Shown here: in pieces, positions 24,946-35,796 of the stretch
Layout of the letters: each line of letters starts with the position of its first letter
Numbering within the stretch: the stretch's first letter is position 1
Assembly (NCBI GenBank): GCA_052426225.1
Contig: JBNJNM010000011.1
Location: 248,001-312,000 of the forward strand
DNA: 64,000 bases
From: Zancudomyces culisetae HAW-14-8
Lineage: Eukaryota; Fungi; Kickxellomycota
Direction of reading: 5' to 3'
Made by a program: the position numbers and the translations under genes
The notes under the pieces: model-generated
Seen by the model: the letters and a program-made list of their open reading frames with translations, nothing else
Told to the model about the DNA's origin: nothing
Databases searched by the model: none

Positions 24946-25498
24946 TTTCCGAATTAATCTTTAAATTTGTATTCACAGGTTTATTTTTGTTCAAGCCCTG
25001 ATTATATGTTCCTTTTTTTGTTTTGTCCGTTAATATACTTCTACAATCTCATAATTTCTTATTCTTTTCTTTATCATTCTGAGAAATGTGTTAAGAACAG
25101 TAAATTTTACTTCATATTATTTGTTCCAAATTTCGGCTTAATTAACTCTCTTCACCTTTTAATAAATGCTACCAAAAAGCCAGTGTTTTCATTCGCTGTA
25201 GCGCTTTCATTATTTTTATTTGCTTTTCCTTACTCAAAAAAAGGGAAAAAACCAGCCTTACAAAATAAATTTCCCCTTCCACCGATTTCCACTTTCCTTT
25301 CCCCTCCACTCGCCCCCCCCAAACTTCCAAAAAAAAAAATTTTCTTTCAGCTAAGCTGTGAACGCAACAGAAGTATAGGCAATTGTGTTTAACATGAGTT
25401 GCGCGTTTATTTTTTCGCAGTGTTCAGATCCAAAATATAAGAGGATTTAAAAAATAAGAATCAAGAAATTGATGTTGTAGCTAAAATATTAAAGGTTT

Positions 25499-26470
25499 TT
25501 ATGTAGAGAATATTGGGTATTTGGCATATCTTGCTGGATCGTTGAATCTCATATTGATGTTCATAAGATTGATGGTTTCCATTTGTTCACCAGTCAATTC
25601 AAAATCAAAAACATCAAAGTTTTGTTGGATACGCTCCGGATTCTGTGACTTTGGGATTACTGCGCATCCTCTTTGTATTGCCCAACGCAACAATACTTGT
25701 GCGGATGTCCTGTTGACTTGCCCGGCAATTGACGCAATAGTGTCGTTCTTTAATAGGGATGGGAATGTCCTGTAGTCAAAGGTAAGAAAGCTTGTGTAGG
25801 ATGAATCGCCAAATGATGAATAGGCGGTGATTGCCACCCCGTTTTCCTGTGCGTACTGGACAAGTTGCACACGTGAGAGGTATGGATGTAGCTCGATCTG
25901 CAGGACTGCTGGTCTAATTCTCGCGTATGTGAGAAGATCCATCAGCATTAGGGTGTTGAGGTTCGAGACTCCGATGTTTCTTGCTAGACCACAGTCTACC
26001 ATCCTCTCCATTGCTCCCCATGTCTCATGATATGGCACATTGTCGAGATCTAAGGTTCCACTACCATCATTTTTGAACACAAAGTTTGGTGGGTATTTCT
26101 CCTCCACTGGAACGTGTCTCATTGGAATTGGGAAATGAATAAGATACAGATCGAGATAATCCAGACCCAAATCTGCAAGTGTCTTTTGGAGTGCTGGCTT
26201 AACGTTCTCCTTGCGATGATTTGTGCCCCATAGCTTTGATGTCACAAACAAATCCTCGCGCTTAACGAGCCCCTGCTCAATTGCTGCCTTAATTCCTTCT
26301 CCAACCTCCTTTTCATTTCCATAATCGCTAGCGCAATCTAACAATCGATATCCAGCTTTAATTGCTTGGACTACTAGGTCCTTGCACTTTTCTTTTGGAA
26401 CCTGCCACATTCCAAATCCAACTACTGGCATCATTTGTCCGGTAGGTTTCAATACTATGCTCTTCATCAT
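25499..26470 (-). CDS. Aldo-keto reductase, xylose/aldose reductase type (XYL1/GRE3-like)
   Basis: Motifs MPVVGFGMW, DCASDYGNEKEVG, LFVTSKLW, YLIHFP, IGVSN and IPKS; the catalytic tetrad D-Y-K-H is present. Confidence 0.92.
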   Translation of the reverse strand: MMKSIVLKPTGQMMPVVGFGMWQVPKEKCKDLVVQAIKAGYRLLDCASDYGNEKEVGEGIKAAIEQGLVKREDLFVTSKLWGTNHRKENVKPALQKTLADLGLDYLDLYLIHFPIPMRHVPVEEKYPPNFVFKNDGSGTLDLDNVPYHETWGAMERMVDCGLARNIGVSNLNTLMLMDLLTYARIRPAVLQIELHPYLSRVQLVQYAQENGVAITAYSSFGDSSYTSFLTFDYRTFPSLLKNDTIASIAGQVNRTSAQVLLRWAIQRGCAVIPKSQNPERIQQNFDVFDFELTGEQMETINLMNINMRFNDPARYAKYPIFST

Positions 26471-27144
26471 ATTTGGTGCTTTTGTCTTTGGTTTTTTGAT
26501 ACTGAAAAGATCTAGTCGAGTTAGAGTTAGTCTAAATGTTCAAAGCGACTAAATTTGGCTTTTTTTTTATCCTTTTCAAAATTTATTTTCACAAAAGAGG
26601 AAAATCCGTCATATTTATGCAGCAATTCAGTAGCCTTAACACAAACCAATTCAATTCTGATTTATTTTGCTTAAGGGACATCAAACATACTGCACGCCCA
26701 ATACCCAATTATTCAACTGCAGATTTATTGCATCATAATAAACCTTGTTCATTCATTTGCCGAACAATTTTTGCAATACATTTCTCAGATATTGGCGTTT
26801 AATTTTTTATGCACATTATTTCCCGATTTCGTACCCCTACAACAGAATTTCTGCAAATAAAAGCGATGATACTAACAGGGATAGGTGGTAATATGGAAAA
26901 AAGCAAATGCGAACCAGGTGGTCAATGTCAACTTTAATTGAATACACTAGATTAGGTGTGCAAAACAACAAACAGGTGCAATGTTGGTGACATTGATGCC
27001 TTTCCAATGTAACCGAATTAACTCGAGCTTAGCTTTGGTTAGACCAGAGTGTTTCAGTAAATAGTACATCAGCCAACTGTCATCCAATGCACGAACTACT
27101 ACCATTAAAATAAATGCATTGATGAACTAGAAGTAAATATAGAT

Positions 27145-28302
27145 AAAAAAGTATAGTTTCAGTAGTGTGGTGATATATAACCCAGCTAAACACGTGTATT
27201 CTTTTTCTAGTTTTCAATTTCATAGCTTATACATATATACCTTTGTTCTCCAGCACTCAAATCCAGATCAAATGTTACAGAGTTACTAAGAATCATACCA
27301 ATACCTGCTATTTTCTATACTTTTTGTTCATTCATATTTTTTGTAATTAACACTCAGGATCAAAAATCCAACATCCAACATACAATATTGACAATCTAAT
27401 ACTCAACATTCAACATTCAACATTCAACATGCAAATTTCAAAAGTAGCGTAACTGCATACTATCCTGATCAAGTTTCGCTGTGTTTTTTGAAACCCTTTT
27501 AGCAGTTGTACAAATTAATATTTTCACATCACTATCTTTCCCAATTCAATCAAACTGCGTATGTATCCGATAACGCCTGGGAACTATAAAAAAAATAGTA
27601 ATAAGGAAATAGTAAATGGTAAATAGCAAATAGAATAACTAGCGCGCACAAGTCTGTGAATATGTGTTCTTCAAAATCTTAAAAGCTTGAAACAGTAAAA
27701 GCTGGAAATAAAGTGGAAACGCAAAGGAGTGAAGGAATACAACGGAATTTGCAGTTATAAAGTTTGAGTGTATTTTTCATTTTTTTGTTTGCTTTTTTTG
27801 TGTCTGCTTTTTGTCTGTTTTTTTTTGAAAAGGGTCGCTGTTTTGACTTCCAGTCTTGGTGCTTCTATTTACTTCCACACATAATGTATTTTATACATTT
27901 GATGCTATATTCACTTGATCCTATAAATATGTGGTGCTACACACATTTTAGAGCCAATTAACTATTCGACAGTCTATATATTCCGATTCCCACGCTTCTA
28001 AACATTATTCTGAAATGAAAACAGTTATATCTGCATTTTATTTTTGGCCAACTCAAAGATAATATACTATAGCTAAACCACAATAAAGTATAGTAGGATA
28101 TACCATAATGGAGTGTAGGCAGCTACAATGAAAAGATATATAAACACATTTGCAGAAGCAAAAATGAAGTGTTATTTTTTATTGAGCTATTGAATTGAAA
28201 AGTGCAAACTCATTAAACACAGTATCACGGTCCAGGTGTATACTTATTACACTAAGGTAAGAAAACAATATCAAAAATTTTAAAGTATCACAGTTCGTAA
28301 TA
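27145..28302 (+). repeat. About 1.16-kb direct repeat, copy 2
   Basis: Matches 14442-15604. Confidence 0.95.
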
Positions 28303-30903
28303 TTAAAGAAAGTGAGATATAATTTACTAAGAGCGTACCAATATGTTTACACAAGTGAAAAGCAAGCCATCGATGCTTATTTAGAGCACATTTATAAATA
28401 TACAGCTGATACCCTGCACATTTTGAGAAAGCCATGCATATATATATCTTTTAAAACAGAACGGTGACAAAATACTTCCACGTTTTCTTGAAAATTCTGA
28501 AGGAAATCAGAAAAGATACGTGCATTTAATGTACAAAACATTGGTACCGGATCACCTGATTGCACAAAGATCTTTAGCCATGCTATAAGATTTGTATGTG
28601 ATATTACAATTGGGTTCGTTTATCGCATAAAATGAAAAAATTACACAAGTAGCCTTAAAGAACCGTCACTTGACCTTATATCTCTTTGGAACACCTTTGG
28701 CTCGAGCATAGAGTAGGTATTTTCAACTATTACCATCAATTCTTTCAAGCGTAGTCTGGATGTGTTTTGACAAGCACAATGGCTAAAAGGTGATATTGAG
28801 GTTCAAATATCAAGTTCTACTCACTCGAGAGCGATGCCAGTTTTGCGCACTGCAACTATAAATACTATTGTAGCAATATTGATGACACTCTTTTCACACC
28901 AAAAGTCGATACTTACAAACAAAGCGAGTATGGCCGAATGTAAATATGAGGAGGTCGACCAGTCTATCGAGAAAAACATTGTTTTTTGTATAAAAAAGAT
29001 AATAAATAAGGCCAGGTACACTAACATCGAATATTCTTCTCAATATCTAAAAAAAACGAGCGAGTTATTTCTTCTTGGCAATGGCGTTTTTTGGTCAAAA
29101 GGTCGAAATTCTAATCTTGGCTCGCAAGTTTACATCCAAAAAACACCTTTAACTAAAAATACCTATGGATTTCCTAACTTTTCCTCCCTTTCAATCAAAT
29201 ATACAACGGTGATATGGTTGTAATGTTATTGCAAAGATCAGGGTGAATCGAATAATACGTTAAAACTTGTAAAGCATTGTCTTTTTTGTGCTTACAACTA
29301 ACCAAATAGATTCGGCGATAACTCTTTTTATTTATCTAAAGGCTGGTTCGTTTGGATAAACACAGTCAAAGTTTAGTTTCTTCATAATTTATATAATAGC
29401 AGTTAAACAGCCAAGCCCACCTAATGCTTTTTTTTCGTCATTTATAACCAATGCTATTGTTCAGCCGAATGCATTTGCCAACAATAGATTTACTACATAA
29501 ATAAAATGATTAGTTGAATTGTTGCACTATAATTAACAAAAATAATTCACCAATGTGTCACCATTCGAAAGAGCGCTGAGTAAAATGCAAGTAAATAAAG
29601 TGGGCGAATTAGAAATAATAAGCGCGATTGTTTATTTTTAAAACGTTGTGGGTATTACCAGGATGTGGTGTAGAAGCTATCGCTGGTAGGAGAGGTATGA
29701 AGAAGAAGAGGAGGGAGAAGGAGGAAAATATTTTTAGCGGAGATGCTAAAAGGTCAGTAAAAATAGTCATGAGGTTTAGGGGGTTTGTGGAGGATACACA
29801 TGCATATTGTTGTTTTTCTTGTATAGGTTCTCAAGAGGTTCTTTTAAGGCGATTTTTAACACGTGGGACTTGGTTTTTAAGTCTCAAAGTGTTTTGATCC
29901 ATAAAGCATAGTGAATTTACTTCCACTTACAGATGTATTGGTGATGCTAAAGAGGTTAGTATAGTTTTATCTATATTTTGTACATTGAGTTTAATATTAT
30001 AAGCAAGTGAATTTTGGTGCAAGATCACTAAATAAGCTGAAAAGACAAAGAGGTATTATTTGCGGACAAACAGACTATTTTAGGGATGCAATTCATTGGG
30101 CAGATGAATGTATCCACAAATTGTGTCATTGGTAGAGCAGCTTATTTTTTCCGGCATTGTTCTACTATTTTGTCCCAAAACTGCAAGAACAAAAATCGGG
30201 CAAAAAATTGGCGAGAATCAGCAATAAAATTAGTAAATCCTCGACGCACTAGTCGCGGATTCTCATGATCAAAGTTCTGCGAATTTGATGACACGTAAAA
30301 CAGAAAACGTGCAACAGAATAACTTTACATACTTAAATCTCAGCCTTTTTTTAATTTTTCTTTTCTTGGTTGTGAGGGTAAATGCGAGTTGATGTGATAC
30401 CAAGCCATATGATTGTTGAGGAAGTGAAAAGTTCAAGCTAATAATTACTGAACTGCTGGTGAAAAGCTACAATACCCAATAATATTTTAATTAGCTAATA
30501 AGTGTGTAGATTTCAGTTTTCTCGTTACATAATAGAAAGCATTTAATCAAAAAAGTATTGGTAATTACCTAAATCTCATTTGGGGTAATAAATAAAGGGG
30601 AGTAGGTAGGAAAATGCTTAGAATATTTGCCTGTTTAAAGAACTCATCAGAAACTTTAGTGCAATAATAGTCAAAACTTTTTCCCAGTTTTTTGAAGGCA
30701 AGAATAGAAGGAACAGAAATCAGTATGAAATAGTACCCATAATCACACAGATAGCCACAAATACACGAAAGAAAGCAGAATAGTGGTAAGGTGAAGGAAT
30801 CTACCCAGCAGAAATCAAACGTTTTTTCTCAGTGGCGATCAATGGTCATTCAGATATTTTGGCTCAAGAAAAATAATTTAAACATTGTGAGAGAGAATAT
30901 AAC

Positions 30904-33900
30904 ATGCTAATATCCAAAGTAATAACATTATTAATTTCAACTGCATTCCTGCAGCCTGCAGCGGCAGTACACGAAAGTCATAATATAGTAACCACAAGCA
31001 ATGAATACAAAGAAAATGGCATTATGGGCGCAATAAGGGCGCTAGACATTAAAAAGATCAGAGAAATGATGGCACTGGAACGAACAAAGGTTTTAATTCG
31101 AGCGAATGATACAGTCCTTATCAATAGCAGGAGTGAGACAAACAACGGCACTGATACAAATAACGTTGATTCTTCCAACAAACCTCCACCTCTGGACACG
31201 TTTTTTGATCCAGCCAATATAATGTCCGTTATCAACAAAAATAAAGCGAATAATAGAGCACTAGTGGTCCAGGCTGCAACCGCGTTGGGTGCTGGTGTGG
31301 CAATTATCTTATTATTTGGAATTCTACGGATATTGTTCAAACACTTGTACTCACCTCGATTGAGTCTAAAAACGTAAGTTTAATTATTACTTTTTTTTTC
31401 AAAAAAAAGAGTTACATTATACGAAGCAATTGCATTGAAGTGCATAAATTCATCATTAACTCAAATTTGTGGAAGAATGTATAATTATTAAACAAATATA
31501 TACTTTTTATGGGAAAAATAACGACCGCAATTAAAACCACAGTCACAAATATAACATTAAACCTAAATATCAAATAGAACATCACCAAATCCGATAAGTG
31601 ATACAATCTTTGGATGGATAATGCCGACAATTAGAACAACAGACAGCTACATAATGAACGCACTGGGGCTAGATTCGTATATATTTTTGAAGTTTTACAA
31701 GATGTGTACGAAAATTCTTTTTCAAATTGCAATCATGTCCCTAGTTGTTATATACCCAACAAAGATACTGTTTGCAAAAAAAGCAGTAGACGAAAAAATA
31801 CAAAACTATCGAAATATGGGAAACTTCGAAGACGCCAATCGGCTGGAAGATGATAAAGTGGTATCTTTGCTATTTGATACCACGAGTCTCTTGGATTACG
31901 ATAAGCATGTCGAACTAATTGCATTGGAAATCCTGTTTTCATACGTTTTTACTGCACTCATTTTTTTCCATTTGACTCGATTTACATCACAGTGGGGGTC
32001 ACTAAGGTGGCATTTTATGCTGTGTAGTCGTGAAGCAATGGTAAGCCGAACAGTTATGGTAACCCTTTTGCCAAAATTTCTGTCTCGAAGCGTATCGCGG
32101 CTGAAGTGGTTATTTGAGGATGCTGGGAGGATAGGTGAGGTGGAGGAAGTCGCAATACTTCCTAAAAACAGAAAAAACTTTTTGGATTTGGTTAGTAAAA
32201 GATCTCAAGCACTATCAAAGCTGGAAAAAGAATACGTAAGGATTTTGGGAAATCCATGCAAATCTGATGGATATAGCCAGGAGGAGCTTTATAGCTGTTT
32301 AAAAAACGAAAACGATGTTTTCAATGCTCAAGAAAAGGATTATTTGAGAAAACACTGTAAAAAAGGAATAGATATTGATAAGTCATATCAGAAACTTGTA
32401 GGCCTAAAACAAAAATTTAAAGAAATAGATCTGGAAGCGAGAAAATATAATGTAGATCACAGTGAACATTATGAAAAACGAGTTGAAAAAAACGATAGCT
32501 CGGGTGAAAAGTTGTATACAGTGAGTACAACTGAGGAGCTGATAAAGTTTCCAGAGAAAAAAGCGAGAAAAGCGAAACAAGCAACAAGACCAAATGCGCC
32601 TACGGCCGATCTGGCATTTATTACGTTTAAAGATGCAGCATCGGCACATCTGGCATGCCAAACATCAATTTATCCAAACCCATATAGATGCACTATTGAT
32701 TTGGCACCAGAACCTAGAGGAATTTACTGGCCGAACTTTAAAATGTCACTTAGAAAGCGAAGATTCCGGGCAGACATTAGATTTTGGACAATATTAGCGT
32801 TGTTTATAGTTTGGGTGGTTCCTGTATCGTTAACGACATCGTTACTATCTGTCAGCTCACTGTCTTCTGTAAGTAGCATTGGCGACTATATGAGCTCACA
32901 TCCGAATTTCCAAGCGTTCATGGTCACAACAGTTCCTTCGCTTGTTTTAGTATTGGTATCAAGTGTAATGCCATTCATATTTAAAAAACTGGTGTTTTTT
33001 GGCGGGGCAAGGAGTCTTCCCGAGATGGATACTTCAGTTCTATCTAAAACGTGGATGTTTTTCATGTATACGACTGTGTTTATTATGCTGGTTTCGGGTA
33101 CATTATGGGACGTCATTTTGAATGTTTTTGATCAGCCATCCTCTGTACTCAGAAGAGCTGCCAGCCTAATGCCTGGCCTCAGCTCCTTCTTTATTTCTTA
33201 CCTGACACTCTTAGGCATTGCTTATCAACCACTGAAACTTTTGCTGCTGAGACCCAGTGCTTGGTATTTTTTACGTTTTTGGCTGTGTTCCACACCAAGA
33301 GACTATGCCAAGCTGGCTGCTCCTGTTTATATTGATTGGTACAACGTCTACCCGTACCCAATGGTCGTATTCTTTATAGCGCTTCTATACAGCACCTTCT
33401 CTCCCCTGACCCTAATCTTTGGCTTACTCTATTACCTAATCGGCTATCTAATAATGAAATATCTGTTGGTTTATGTCTACTTTCGCTGTTTCGAAACTTC
33501 GGGGATTATTTGGCCTGTAATTCTAGTTCGAATCACCTTGTCCGTTCTGTTATTCCAGCTACTCATGACGTTTTTTGTTGTCGTCAAGTCGAATAAAAAC
33601 TACCTTATATTTGCCATGCTTCCCCTGATTGTACTCTCGCTAATGTATTTGTTTATGTATAGCCTGAAGGTCGAATCAAGGTTCAAATACATACCGCTTT
33701 ATCTGCTATACAACACACCTCCTTCAGATTCCTACAACACCTCTTCCTCGTCTTTCTTATCCAAAAATCGCCGTAATCAGCTAGCTTCTCATCGTATCCA
33801 CCATCCGCCTCTTGCCACATTTGCCTATTCAAAACATAAGAGACAAAGATCTGATACCTTTTCAGACCCTTCTAAGTATAGTCAACGTAAAAATCACATA

Positions 33901-34794
33901 TATCCATATCATCGCTTTCCAAACAAAAGCGGCCTCCAATTAGCTGAACCCAATGATAAGCTTCGGCAAAGAACTCAAATACAACTTATGAAAAAAGCTA
34001 ACCACTTGGCACGATCAAGGCCATCTCAAAGCAGAGCATTTCGACATGCCCAGAACCTAGTTTCCAACGCTGAACGCAGATGTAGAACAGACAACTGGGG
34101 GCTGCCTTTATTTTATCATCGAAATAAAAGTGGGGACCAGTCCTCTTCATCTCACTCCTCCTCAACTATTCCAAGCGCAACAGCTAGCATACAGTCTAAT
34201 TCTTTTGAGGCAGATAGCCACAATCTTAAAGGGGATTTAAACAGGACTCGCGCTTCTACATATTCCAATGATTCCGATTCGGACTATGTTACTGATACCG
34301 CCCCAAGTGCTCCAAAAATACATTTCACTTCCACAAAAACTAACAGTTTCCCCAATGCACGCTCTTTAAGCGTCGCAAGATCTGGGTCACGCTCATTTTT
34401 CGGTTCTATCGGCATGATTTTTACATACACTCTAGTACTGTGTAGGAAATCCTTTTCCTTTTTGGGAGAATTTCTCATAAGTATTCGAAGATTTGCCTTT
34501 CGCAAGTTTAATCCAGCATCAGCTATCTTTGACTTGTCAATGAGCAAAAAGTTTGGAAATACTTATACCCAAATAAGTGCAAAAAAAAAGACCAATTCAA
34601 CACTGGCTATTCCATGCAACTACCAGATATACTCTGCGAGTGCTCAGTACAACTTACAAAAGAGTCGCCACTGCGATTATCGGCAACCTCCGATGTCCTT
34701 GATTCAAGGAATCCTTCAAGGTGCAATAGTTGACTATCATTATCCGGGATACAACAAGAACTTCCCAGCCTTATGGCTACCTGTATCTTCTTGA
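30904..34794 (+). CDS. CSC1/OSCA/TMEM63 (Rsn1/Phm7/Spo75-like) mechanosensitive cation channel, exons 30904-31373 and 31578-34794
   Basis: Intron 31374-31577 joins LYSPR (RSN1_TM) in frame to FGWIMP..GLDSYIFLKF. Other motifs: SRTVMVT, AFITF, LAPEPRGIYWPN and FETSGIIWP. Confidence 0.9.
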
Positions 34795-35305
34795 TTCCTT
34801 TCACCTTTTAGTCGCTCATATAAAGTATATGTATATGTATAAAATTAAAATTAAAATTAAAGCTTGGGGTGTATTTTTAGTGCATTTTGTGGTGTCTTGA
34901 AGCTGCTACATGCAACCTGGATAATTTTTCGGTTAAATTACGCATATTTTGGAACAGTATTGATTCTATCAGGTATACTCGAGCCACTTATCACTTATTT
35001 ATTTTTGTTTGTATCTAAATGTTGAATGTATCATTTCTTTTACTACCGTTGCAACTATAATAATCTATAAGCAAATAAAGTCTTGTACTACACCAAGTAA
35101 GCTCTATTAAGAAAAAGATCTTTACTTTTTCTTTTTGCTGTCCACTCACTTTTATGTTCACTGAGTGAATTTATTTTTTCGTATTATCATCTGCAATGTT
35201 CTATGATTTTCTGTTGTACCTTGATCATAATCGCACCTGATTCGTTATCCAAAAAAGATGTAATAACACTCAATTCCAATCAATAAAAAAATGTTAAAAA
35301 GTAAT

Positions 35306-35387
35306 TCCGAGAACCCGGATTTGAACCAGGGACCTAGAGATGACAGATTGACTACAGTCTCCCGCTCTACCGCTGAGCTATTCTCGG
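35306..35387 (-). tRNA. tRNA-Tyr(GTA) with a 10-nt intron (35342-35351)
   Basis: Full cloverleaf: acceptor stem CCGAGAA/TTCTCGG with C1-G72 and A73, D-arm GCTC/GAGC, anticodon GTA at 35353-35355, intron after position 37, T-loop TTCAAAT, downstream oligo-T terminator. Confidence 0.96.
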
Positions 35388-35394
35388 GATTTTT

Positions 35395-35783
35395 TGTTAT
35401 ATTTTTATTTTAACTTAAACTTTTATTAACTTAAAATATACTTGAACTTTATCCTATTCTCTTACTATACCAAATATCCGTTAATATTGTTATTATTAAC
35501 TATTGAATATTAGTATACTGAATAAAAGAACTTATTACTACTATTTATTTGGATTAAAGATGTGTTTTATTTAGTGCTATTTCCCTGCACTTATATACTT
35601 TTACTGCTAACTTAAAAAATACTATTAAAACTATACAAAGATACATAAACTTTACTACTGAAAGTTAAAGCATAAATTTGTATATACTGTTTAAAACTTG
35701 TAATAAAAATCATAATACTAATTAAAAACATATGATTACTAAACTAAACTGTTTCAAGGTATGTCTTGGTTTACTATATGACA
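35395..35783 (-). repeat. LTR copy 1 (3'-most), 389 bp
   Basis: TG...CA ends, imperfect terminal inverted repeat TGTCATAT/ATATAACA, TATATAA on the minus strand at 35591-35597. Confidence 0.95.
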
Positions 35784-35786
35784 GTA

Positions 35787-35796
35787 CCTCCCTCCT
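35787..35796 (-). other. Polypurine tract AGGAGGGAGG (repeated at +4866 and +9732)
   Basis: Lies 3 nt before the LTR TG and overlaps the TAG stop of the polyprotein. Confidence 0.85.
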
